From positions 744,001-808,000 of the forward strand of contig CP060757.1 of the NCBI GenBank assembly GCA_023205875.1: a stretch of 64,000 nucleotides of DNA. Reading direction: 5' to 3'. Under the pieces are notes generated by a model, which did no database searches, had not been told where the DNA came from, and worked only from the letters and a program-made list of their open reading frames with translations. A program made the translations under genes and the position numbers. Of this stretch, positions 30,189 through 39,511 are shown piece after piece. The DNA is from Chloropicon primus. Lineage: Eukaryota. Numbering within the stretch: the first letter of the stretch is position 1; the number at the start of each line of letters is the position of its first letter.

Positions 30189-32033
30189 TTACAGAGACCC
30201 GTCCTTGGTGACGTAGCGGACCTGGATGCTGCGGATGACGTCCGCCGTCGGGCCGACGTCGCTGACGACGACGACCAGCTGACCCTCCTTGATCAGGTCC
30301 CTGGCGCGCAAAAGCTTGAAGGTGCGCTCCACCGTCTTCTCTGGGTTGGCGTCCAGGGGGAGGCCAAAAGGGATGATCCCCCAAAGGAGATTCATCTTCC
30401 TCCTGACCGCGTTTGTGTCCGTGAAGGCGAAGATGGGGCACGACGGCCTGCACCGGCTCACGAGGCTTGCCATGTACCCCCTCTTCGTGTACACGAAGAT
30501 GGCAGCCGCTCCCAGTTGCTCTGCCAGGTTTGCAGCGCTCGAGCAGATGCCCTCGCTGATCTGCTCTTGTTCCGTCCCGTCCCCTCCACTGGAAGCCCCC
30601 AGCATGCTCTGCTGCTGCTCGGTCCTCACGGCAACAGCTCTGAGCACCTCGAGGCTCTTCATGGGGTGAAGCCCAGCCGCGGACTCCCCGCTAAGCATAA
30701 GCGCGTCCGCCCTCTGCTGCACCACATCAGCGATGTCAGCCACCTCGGCTCTTGTCGGGGTTGGGTGCTCGAGCATGGACCTGAGCAGGTGGCTGGCAAC
30801 AATGCACGGCTTGTTGAGGCGCCTGCATGCCGTGGTGATCTGCTGTTGCACCACGGGAACGTCTTCCAGGGGGATTTGCGACCCCAGATCTCCCCTGGCC
30901 ACCATGACGGCATCGCTTGCCGCGACGATGTCGTCCAGGTTCCGCAGCGAATCACTGCTCTCGATCTTGGAGACGACGCCCGGAGCGGCCCTCGTTCCCG
31001 CGCCGGGACCGTCCTGCTTCGGCATGCATTTGGACGTCAGGTAAGACCTCAGGTGTTTCACGGTGTCCGCCGTCTTCACAAAGGAGATCGCGATCAAGTC
31101 CACTTCGTTCTCGATGGCAAAATCGATGTCCAGCCAGTCCTTCGCGCTGATCGTCGGGAGCATCGAGTTCCTCGCCCTCACCGGCACGCCGTCCCTCCTG
31201 AAGGTCAAGTTCGCTTTCGGGAGGAGAATGCCTGGCTCGATGCACTCGCAGATCACGTCAGGACCCTGCAAGGACACGACTCGGAAGTTCACCATCCCCC
31301 CGTCCACCAGAATCTCGTCCCCGACGCTCACGTCCTCGGAGAAGCCGTCGTAGCTCACCGACGCGATTCGGGGGCGCTTCGCCTCAGGCTGGCCGCCAGG
31401 CTCCCCGGCGCCGTCCTCGGGGTGGTCCGAGGGCCCGGGCCCAACGCTCTCCGCGTCGAGGGAACGGATGGTGAAAGTCCACCTGTCGTCCATGTCGACC
31501 CGACTGGGCTCCGCGATGTCCCCTATGTGGACCTCGCTGCCTTCGGTGTCGACCATAATCGCCAAAGAGTAACCAAGCTCCTGGTTGAGCTTCCTTATCC
31601 TCTGGATCACCTCCCTGTGCCACTCGTGGCTCCCGTGACACATGTTCAGCCTCGCCACGTTCATGCCGTTCTGCGCCAGCTGCTCGAGCTCCCTGTACCC
31701 GCTGGTGGCGGGCCCGATGGTGCAGACCAGCTTGGTCCTCCTGGTCGAACGGAAGCCGTTCTCCTTCAACTCGTTCTCGAGGGCCGTGTCCACGTCCACG
31801 TCCATGTCCACGGACGAGTTCGGCGTCGCCACCCCCACCCTCCACGAGGCCCTCCGACCCTGGCTTGAGGCGCGAGCGAGCGGGCGGCGAGGGGTCGCCG
31901 ACGCGCCTGCGGTCCTCGCGGCATACCTTCCACCGGATCTCACCCCGGGGGTCCCTGGCACGGGCCTCCTCACTCCCACAGCTCCACCAAACGAAACCGA
32001 AACCCCTCTCATCATCGTCATCATCATCATCAT
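30189..32033 (-). CDS. Plastid pyruvate kinase
   Basis: [47 protein letters not shown]; transit peptide. Confidence 0.95.
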   Translation of the reverse strand: MMMMMTMMRGVSVSFGGAVGVRRPVPGTPGVRSGGRYAARTAGASATPRRPLARASSQGRRASWRVGVATPNSSVDMDVDVDTALENELKENGFRSTRRTKLVCTIGPATSGYRELEQLAQNGMNVARLNMCHGSHEWHREVIQRIRKLNQELGYSLAIMVDTEGSEVHIGDIAEPSRVDMDDRWTFTIRSLDAESVGPGPSDHPEDGAGEPGGQPEAKRPRIASVSYDGFSEDVSVGDEILVDGGMVNFRVVSLQGPDVICECIEPGILLPKANLTFRRDGVPVRARNSMLPTISAKDWLDIDFAIENEVDLIAISFVKTADTVKHLRSYLTSKCMPKQDGPGAGTRAAPGVVSKIESSDSLRNLDDIVAASDAVMVARGDLGSQIPLEDVPVVQQQITTACRRLNKPCIVASHLLRSMLEHPTPTRAEVADIADVVQQRADALMLSGESAAGLHPMKSLEVLRAVAVRTEQQQSMLGASSGGDGTEQEQISEGICSSAANLAEQLGAAAIFVYTKRGYMASLVSRCRPSCPIFAFTDTNAVRRKMNLLWGIIPFGLPLDANPEKTVERTFKLLRARDLIKEGQLVVVVSDVGPTADVIRSIQVRYVTKDGSL

Positions 32034-32579
32034 CCCCAAACGGATTGTTCCTCACACAACGACGCACGCACACACCCTGCGTCCCCCCCCCCTCAAAAAA
32101 AAAAAAGCAAAGCAGACGGACGTCAGGCGCTTGGCCTCCGCGTTCGTCCGTGTCCGTGCCCTCGCGATCCCCCTTCCCGTCCTGCTCCCGTCCTCTCTCT
32201 CTCTCTCGCTCGCTCGCTCGCTCGCCGTCCGTCGCGCGCTGCTGGCGTTTTTTATCCTTATCGCAAACCAAGTCACCGGTGATCCCAAGGAAAGGTTATT
32301 CAAAAAAATAGAATATTGACAGATTGATATCTTGGCCCAAGACAGCGTCGTTTGATCGAGAGACAGACAGAGAGAGAGAGAGAGAGAGGGAAGGACGAAT
32401 TTCTTCCTTGCTTGCTTGCTTTTCCTCGGCTCGGCTTGCGTTCCTTAAGCTTCGTTTGCTGTTCGAGACGAATCGTTTTCGCGACTCTCCTTGAGGGGTC
32501 AGCTTGGACCAAGATCGCCAGAGGGATCGTTCGTGCTGGGTCTGGGAGGCCTGTGTCGAGCTAGGGAGTCCTCGCGAGG

Positions 32580-34499
32580 ATGGCTCCGCTCAGTCCGAAA
32601 TGGACCTGGAGGCAGACGGAGGCGACGGTGACGGCGGACGTGGACGTGAAGGGCGTCTCGAAGAAGGCCTGCGACATATTCTTGTCCGACAGGTTTCTCA
32701 AGGTGAACGCCCCGCCCTACCTCCTGGGTCTCGACCTGTGGGGGGAGATCGATGAGGAGAGGTCGACGGCGACGGTGTCCCAGGGCTTGATCACGGTGCA
32801 CATGTACAAGAGGGCCCCGGGGTCCTGGGACGAGCTGCACCTCGACCTGAGCGACAGGGCGGAGCGCGCCTCCGTGCTCGAGAGGAGGAAGGAGAGCATC
32901 GAGCGGGCGCACAAGAAGCAGGAGGAGAAGAGGAAGGAGAGGATCGCGTTGCGAGAGAGGGAGCAGAGGGAGGCCCAGGACCGCAGCTTCGAGCTCGACC
33001 GGAAGAAGAGGCAAGCGATAGACGACGCGAAGAACAGGGAGCTCTTGGACGCCAGGGAGGAGATCGCCTCCTTCACCTCGAAGAAGCCCGCCGCGCGCCA
33101 GGAGGACCAGCAGCAGAAGCGCGAGGAGGCGACGGACAGCGAGAGCGACCTCGAGGAGGACGGTGGGGCTGGCGGCGAGGAGGGGGAGGCCCCCCAGGAG
33201 GAGGAGAGCCAAGGAGAGGAGGAATCGGAGGAGGAGGAGATCGTGATCCTTCCCCCACCGAGGGAGAAGATGGCTTCGGTGGAGGTGGAGTTCACCCCAA
33301 CCATAGTCGACAACCTTCCAGCGAGGGAAGGGCGGGAGGAGGAGCTGAAGCTGATTCGGAGGAGCCAGGGCAAGCCGGATGACCTGGCCAGCGAAACGGA
33401 CCTGACGGAGAGGCACCCCATCTTCCTCAAGGACAAGGGGGACAAGATGTCGAAGCACGGGAACTTCAAGGGAGCCTTGCGAGCCTACAACCGGGCCTTG
33501 GAGATCGATCCGAGTCACTTGCTTTGCATCTGCAACCGATCCATGTGCTACCTCCGCCTCGGGGAGGCCTCCAAGGCGGAGGAGGACTGCAGGAAAGCCC
33601 TCGGGATGATCGCTGGGGAGGAGTCCACCTCCGCGCCAGAGATGGAGGACTCCGAGAAGAAGCACATGCTGAGAATCAAAATGAGTGGCCGCCTCGCCAA
33701 GGCCCTCGCTGCGCAGGACAGGACCAAGGAAGTCATCGAAGAGCTAGAGAATGCGTTGAAGCTTTCGAGCAATTACCCCGAGATCAAGGAGTCCATCCAG
33801 CGAGACCTGGACGACGCCATCGCCTGCGAGAGCGTTTCCTTCGAGGGCCCTCTCGATCAGATCGTGGACTTGACCACGACCAAGCTGAAGCCCAAGATCG
33901 AGTCGATCAAGAAGCTCGCGGATACGCGGATAAAGCAGCAAGACCCCAAGGGGGCTCTGCGGGTTTACAAACAGATCAGTAATTTCATCTCTGAAGTGCG
34001 AAACAAGTGCGACCTCGACGCGTTTCAGCTGATGGACAAGGAGTTCTTGCTGGAAATGAAGCTGGCTTGCTTCTCCAACAGTGCCTCTGCGTATCTCATG
34101 CTCGGGGACTTTGTGTCCTCGATAGATAGTTGCAAGGGTGCGATCTCCGCCGTGGTTACCCTGTTCGAACTTTACTACGATTTCCCAAAGGACGAGGAGG
34201 ACGGCGACGTGGAACGGCTGATAGCATTGATAGAGAAGCTGCTGGACCTTTTGAGGGAAACTCCGGGGAGGTCTTCCCACTTGTTCGAGGGGAAGAGAGA
34301 AAAGTACGTCCTTTCCCTGGTTCGTATCTTGAGAAGGATGTCCTCCGCGTGCGGCCACTTGAAGGACTACGGGCTGGGAGTGAAAATCCTCGAGGTCGGA
34401 CTCACGGCGACGCGGATGTGCGAGCTTGGGAGCATCTCGACTGAAATTACAAAGGACCTGAGAAACTTGAGCGTCCTTCAAGCACAGCACTGCAAGTGA
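32580..34499 (+). CDS. DNAAF4: Dynein axonemal assembly factor 4 (DYX1C1/PF23): CS/p23 domain, coiled coil, TPRs
   Basis: N-terminal W.QTE..V...KGV..DIF.SD.FLKVN.PPYLL.LDL...ID motif, LPPPR..V.FTP..PARE, ERHPIFLKDKGD TPR. Confidence 0.85.
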   Translation: MAPLSPKWTWRQTEATVTADVDVKGVSKKACDIFLSDRFLKVNAPPYLLGLDLWGEIDEERSTATVSQGLITVHMYKRAPGSWDELHLDLSDRAERASVLERRKESIERAHKKQEEKRKERIALREREQREAQDRSFELDRKKRQAIDDAKNRELLDAREEIASFTSKKPAARQEDQQQKREEATDSESDLEEDGGAGGEEGEAPQEEESQGEEESEEEEIVILPPPREKMASVEVEFTPTIVDNLPAREGREEELKLIRRSQGKPDDLASETDLTERHPIFLKDKGDKMSKHGNFKGALRAYNRALEIDPSHLLCICNRSMCYLRLGEASKAEEDCRKALGMIAGEESTSAPEMEDSEKKHMLRIKMSGRLAKALAAQDRTKEVIEELENALKLSSNYPEIKESIQRDLDDAIACESVSFEGPLDQIVDLTTTKLKPKIESIKKLADTRIKQQDPKGALRVYKQISNFISEVRNKCDLDAFQLMDKEFLLEMKLACFSNSASAYLMLGDFVSSIDSCKGAISAVVTLFELYYDFPKDEEDGDVERLIALIEKLLDLLRETPGRSSHLFEGKREKYVLSLVRILRRMSSACGHLKDYGLGVKILEVGLTATRMCELGSISTEITKDLRNLSVLQAQHCK

Positions 34500-34555
34500 G
34501 GGAGACAGGCCTGGGGCAAATTCTTCGCTGTAGAAGGAACAAAAAGGTAAATTAA

Positions 34556-34624
34556 AAGCCTCTGTTTCGAATCCGACCCCTTATACTTTCGAGTCAGATT
34601 GTCATATATCAATGTAAAAAGCTT
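34556..34624 (-). promoter_or_regulatory. Eukaryotic SECIS element in the thioredoxin reductase 3' UTR
   Basis: AUGAC-AAUCUGACUC-GAAAGUAUAAG-GGGUCGGAUU-CGAA: GA/GA core, 10-bp helix II, apical AAA; helix I AAGCUUUU/AGAGGCUU. Confidence 0.88.
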
Positions 34625-34672
34625 CGTCAACCCAAATCCACTCAGCCAACACTCCACGAAGTGTTGGCAGAG

Positions 34673-36235
34673 CTAACCTCAGCAACCACGCTTTGTGGGG
34701 TCCATACCCGAGCTCCTTGTCACCTTCAGCATGGTGAACTCCTCTGCGACGGTGGGGTGGATTCCCACCGTGTCATCGAAGTCCGCTTTGGTTGCTTTCA
34801 TTTTGACGGCTACCGCAAAGCCCTGAATGACCTCGCCCGCGTGGGGCCCGACATAATGAAGGCCAATGACCCGCTCGTTCTCCTCCTTGAGGGTGATCAT
34901 CTTGAAGAAAACGCTGTTGTCCTCGCGGTGCTCGACGCCTTTCTTGGCGTCATGGAACTCCTGGTTAGTTTTCCACTCCAAGGGCCTCAGGAAAGAGAGG
35001 TAGATCTCTAGCTTGTCCATGCCATACGTCTCCACGGCGAGCTCCTCAGACATTCCAACGCAGCCGTATTCCAAAGGCGTGAACACTGTGGTGGGAACCT
35101 CCAGGTAGTCCATCTTGAACTCGGGTCTGCCTCCGAACAGCCTGTCCGCAAGGCGCTCCCCAGACTTGATCGCCACAGGGGTGAGCTCCTGACGCGTGTC
35201 CACCGCATCTCCAATGGCGAATATGTTTCTCGTGCTCGTCTGGTCGTACTCGTCCACGTAAACCTTCCCCGTCTTCTCGTTGAGCTTGATGCCAGCTGCA
35301 TCGAGGTTGACCTCCGTCGTGCAAGCGTCCCTGCCCACGGCAAGAAGGACGGTGTCAAAGTACTCGGTCGTCTCGAACTCAAAGTCCAGGTTCTTGTACG
35401 TGCAGGCGATCATACCGTGGTTGGGGCTGCTCTCGTCTTCGACCTTCTCGAACTTGACCGGAACGCAGCGCTTTATAATCTTCGTGCCGTGCCTCTCCAT
35501 GTAGGAGCCGATGTGCTCCGCCACTTCCTGATCGAAGCCACGGAGAAAGATGGACCTCGCCATGACGTAAGTGTCGTATCCGAAAGCCGTCAAAAAGCCG
35601 GCGCACTCCAGGGCTATGTAACTCGCCCCCACGACGAGCGTCTTCCCCGGCGATTTCTGGAGGGAGAAGATGTCATCGCTCGTGATGCACAGCTCCTTGT
35701 CTCCGGGGACGCCGAGATACCTCGGCCTACCACCAGGGGCGAACACGATGTACTCCCCCGTGATGTTCTTCTTCTCCCCTCTCTTGTTCGTGCACTCGAT
35801 CGTGTGCTCGTCCACGAAGACGCCAAACTCGTTCTTGTAATCAACGCTCTGCTCCCTCAGCTCCGTCCTGTACCCGAAGTTGAGGCCCCTGACGTAGTTC
35901 TGCACAGACATCACGAGTGTCTCCCAGTCGTGGGTTGGGTGTTCCTTGCCGTCCTCCTTGCCGAAAGTCGTCCAGCCCAGGGACCTCGCGTCACCGGCGG
36001 ACTCGCCGAGCAGGGCACCGTAGTGCATGAGCTTCTTAGGGATGCAGCCCACGTTCACGCACGTTCCTCCGAGGCCCCACTTGGTCCCGTAAGGCGAGGG
36101 TTTCACGAAGTCGAGAAGGGTCACCTTCTTCCCGTGCTTCGCGCAACGCTTCGCGCACGCAAGGCCTCCGCTCCCCCCTCCCACGACGATCACATCGTAG
36201 TCGTACGAACCGGACCCCCCCTCCGATGATCCCAT
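34673..36235 (-). CDS. High-molecular-weight (animal-type) selenoprotein thioredoxin reductase
   Basis: GGGSGG, GGTCVNVGCIPKK, HPTVAE; 3' end GGT TGC TGA GGT TAG = Gly-Cys-Sec-Gly-stop. Confidence 0.93.
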
Positions 36236-36473
36236 CTCCTTCCTCCTCCCCTCGCTCGTGTCCTGGTCCCCCAACCCTCTCAGCAGTTTCGCCACGTCCA
36301 CTCCCACGCAGAACCCGTTCCCGCGTATCTGCGATACCGTCGCCCTCCCCCCAGCCACCGTCCACAACGCACGCCCTAGTATCGTATCGTTCCTCCCCTT
36401 CGACCAAAGGGGCGTCCCTCCCTCCTCCCCCTTCTCTCTGCCAAGCTTGGCGGGAAAAAGTGAAAGTGAGAGG

Positions 36474-36476
<3 letters not shown>

Positions 36477-36518
<42 letters not shown>
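36477..36518. repeat. (GA)n microsatellite abutting the start codon
   Basis: About 20 GA units immediately before ATG 36519. Confidence 0.9.
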
Positions 36519-36521
<3 letters not shown>

Positions 36522-37547
36522 TCGGCGGCGGCGAAAGAGGTTTCGAAGGAGGCCCTGCACCTGAGGACTCCGCTGGTATTGTCCAAGCCTCTGAGTGAGA
36601 GGGTCGGGGTGAAGACTTACCTCAAGCTGGACAACCTGCAGCCGACGGGGAGCTTCAAGGTGCGTGGGATGGGTGCTGCCACACAAAGGGCCAAGGAAAG
36701 GGGTTGCAGTCGGTTAGTCTCGAGCTCCGGGGGGAATGCTGGTTTAGCAACGGCATACTGCGGGAACGTGCTGAACCTTCGAACCACGGTGGTCCTTCCG
36801 ACGACCGCCTCGGAGAATGCGAAGAGGAAGGTGGCGAGCCTGGGTGCCGAGGTCGTTGTGGAGGGGGGCCAGTGGTCGGAGAGTAATTCGTTCGCGGAGG
36901 GTCTCGTGGCCGAGAGCGAGAGCAGTGGCGACAAAGCTGTGTTGATCCATCCGTTTTATGGGGAAGACATCTGGGAAGGGAACTCGACCCTCGTGGACGA
37001 GATCGCGGAGCAGCTTCCTGCAGGGGTGAAGCCATCTGCGATACTCGCGAGCGTTGGGGGCGGCGGGCTGCTGATGGGAATACTCCAAGGCCTGAGAAAG
37101 CGGGGCTGGCGGGAGGACGTCAAGGTACTGGCCTGCGAGACCTTTGGGGCGAACGCGCTCGCTCTGTCGCTAGAGAAGAAAGAGAGGGTGGAGATAGCGA
37201 TCACTTCTGTGGCAAAGTCCTTGGGTGCCGACAAGATCGGGGAGGATATTCTCAAGGAGTGCTTCGATCCTGGATACGACTTGGAGCCTTTCGTAGCGAC
37301 GGATGAAGAAGCCGTGGGGTCGTGCTTCAAGTTCGCCTTGGACCACGGCATGCTGGTCGAACCCTCTTGTGGCGCTGCTCTCTCTCCCATCTACTACCAC
37401 AGCGAAAGGGTTCGGGAGCTCGCGAAAGGGGAAGACAAGTGCATCGTGGTCGAAGTCTGCGGAGGCGGAGCCTTCAACTCCATCGAAACGTTGCAGGCTT
37501 ACGCAGAGCAGCTGGGCTTGGACTTGAACGGCGACAAGATTATTTAA
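36519..37547 (+). CDS. PLP-dependent L-serine/threonine dehydratase (SDS/CHA1-like)
   Basis: LKLDNLQPTGSFKVRG, SSGGNAG, SVGGGGL, LVEPSCGAAL, VCGG. Confidence 0.88.
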
Positions 37548-37587
37548 AAATAAAGTTTAATAAATTATTTGTGCCAAAGGGGGGTCC

Positions 37588-39435
37588 TCATCCTTCACCG
37601 CCTTCTCCGGCCTGCTCGGACTTTGAGACGCTCTGGAGCACCCTCTCCAAGTAGCTTGCTTCCGCTTCATCCTCGCTGTCCTCTAGGGAGGCGTCTTGGC
37701 CGTCCTCGGAAGGGAAAAGGGTCTCAAAATCTGGGTACAGCCTCGAGACGCATTTGCCGGAAGACTCCACGATGTTCTGGAAACCCAGAGAGGCATCGGG
37801 GCCGCCGAGTTGCACGATGCCTTCTCCCAACTCTGCGAGATCAGATCTGCCATCTCTCTGCGTGTAATAAAGACACAGCAGCGCTTTTGGGAGATCCTTG
37901 GATTCGGAAGCTAGCTCGGGCGCACCATCGAGGTCTTGGAGACTCGCAAGCTTGCACAAGGCTCCCTCGAGCACGTGTCGTGGACTGGTGCGTTCTGATG
38001 ATGGGTTCTGAGCTTGAGCCCTGCAGGAGAGATAGATAACCACCAAGCTCTCGCTCCCACAAGTGTTCAGAGCATTGCCTTCGATGCAGACCGCTCGAAT
38101 CGTGTGGGGGTTGCCCCCAACAGTGTGCGGGGAAAACACATGCAGTTGTATGTTGCCACCCTTCTTCGCGGGAGATTCTTTCTTCTTGGCCACGCAAGCA
38201 CATCGAAAGACTTTTCCTACCTCCTCATTCCGGTCACTCGACAGGCTGACCTCTGGGCCGAGCAAGATTTTCTTGCAACGCACTGGAACAGCACCCTTGA
38301 TATGAACTTCGTAGGTGTCGGGCTTCTCCTGCTCTCCTGCTCCTTCTTCTGGGCAGGACGCAGGTAAAGCTTCTGCCCTTGTTGGAGCATAGTTGAGCAC
38401 GTAGGTGGCTCCGTGCACAGCAGCTAACCTGCAAAAGGCTTGGCTCAGCTCTCCATTTCCGTAATTGCATGCTAGGAGAGCCCCCACCCCCGGCCCAAAA
38501 CGATTGATGGACTTGGCGTACTTGTAGAGCCTCTGTCTCCCCTCCTCGGCGCTCGGACCCTCTTCCTCGCCGCCTTCGCCGTCTAGATCTGCTATCCCGT
38601 ACATCACGATCGACCTCAGTTTCTTCGGCAGTTTGTGCACGTCTCTGAGGTACTCCACCATGCTCAGACCGGCAACCTCTGCCGAGGAGGGCCCCGGGCC
38701 TCCGTTGTCTCCCGCACCGAGAGAGTCTTGCTCGGACTTCAAGTACCGCATCAGCAGCCTTTTCTCGACCGGGCCCAAGTCCTTGCTCTTGAAGATATCA
38801 GACCGGCTCGCGGGCACGACGAACGACGAGGCCTCTTGGCCATCATGGTCGCCGGCACCCTCGTTAGCTACCCAAAGGGTGCTGCTTTGGACTGCTTTGA
38901 ACTCCAAGTATCTGTGCGCATCAGACGCTATCAGCGTGTCGATCATGTCGCCAGCGCCGAGGCATAGCTTTGGAGCACACGCGAGGTCGAACTGGATGGA
39001 CTCCACATCCTTGGCGAAGTCCTCCGCCAGAGATACCCCGGCCTCGTTGAGGCTTCCCGCTTCCGCGGAAACCAGGACGCTCACGTCGCCTATGTTTCTC
39101 GATCGGGGGTAAGCGAAGTTGACGATTCCGGGGTCAGCTTCCACCGTCCCTGTCGACCCTCCGTCGAGGCCAGTTCCATCTCGCGCCGTCGCGAGATCAC
39201 GCAAGACGTCCCCCAACCTGCGCGTTGCCCAACACTTCCCTCCGTAGCTATCATTGGGCTCCAGGTGCAGAACCCTAACACCCCTTCTCGCTAGCGCTGC
39301 TGCTGCTATGGACTCCGGCAGTCCAGTGCCCACAACTATGACGTCGCAGTGCTGCCACTCCTCGCACGCGTCCTCCTTTTTGTCCTCCCCGTCCTCCGCG
39401 CTGGGTTCGTGCAGCAGCCTCACTCTCGACGCCAT
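37588..39435 (-). CDS. Rab escort protein (REP/CHM; GDI superfamily)
   Basis: DVIVVGTGLPESIAAAALAR.G..VLH....YGG, YLEFK, VPASRSDIF, YGNGELSQAFCRLAAVHGATYVL. Confidence 0.88.
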   Translation of the reverse strand: MASRVRLLHEPSAEDGEDKKEDACEEWQHCDVIVVGTGLPESIAAAALARRGVRVLHLEPNDSYGGKCWATRRLGDVLRDLATARDGTGLDGGSTGTVEADPGIVNFAYPRSRNIGDVSVLVSAEAGSLNEAGVSLAEDFAKDVESIQFDLACAPKLCLGAGDMIDTLIASDAHRYLEFKAVQSSTLWVANEGAGDHDGQEASSFVVPASRSDIFKSKDLGPVEKRLLMRYLKSEQDSLGAGDNGGPGPSSAEVAGLSMVEYLRDVHKLPKKLRSIVMYGIADLDGEGGEEEGPSAEEGRQRLYKYAKSINRFGPGVGALLACNYGNGELSQAFCRLAAVHGATYVLNYAPTRAEALPASCPEEGAGEQEKPDTYEVHIKGAVPVRCKKILLGPEVSLSSDRNEEVGKVFRCACVAKKKESPAKKGGNIQLHVFSPHTVGGNPHTIRAVCIEGNALNTCGSESLVVIYLSCRAQAQNPSSERTSPRHVLEGALCKLASLQDLDGAPELASESKDLPKALLCLYYTQRDGRSDLAELGEGIVQLGGPDASLGFQNIVESSGKCVSRLYPDFETLFPSEDGQDASLEDSEDEAEASYLERVLQSVSKSEQAGEGGEG

Positions 39436-39511
39436 CCTCTCCCCCTGTAACTGCCAATCCATCCCAAGGAAAGGAAAAAGCAAAAGCACCTCCTCATCTC
39501 AGAGCGAGAGG

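Noticed and set aside
34679..34681. TGA as the true stop or a pseudogenising mutation of TrxR
   Set aside because: The GC-U-G-stop context and the downstream SECIS indicate selenocysteine
36236..36586. 117-aa N-terminal extension of the TrxR ORF (and the mirror extension of the dehydratase ORF from 36258)
   Set aside because: They use non-ATG starts, run through the (GA)n microsatellite and overlap the opposite gene; the ATGs at 36235 and 36519 fit family N-termini
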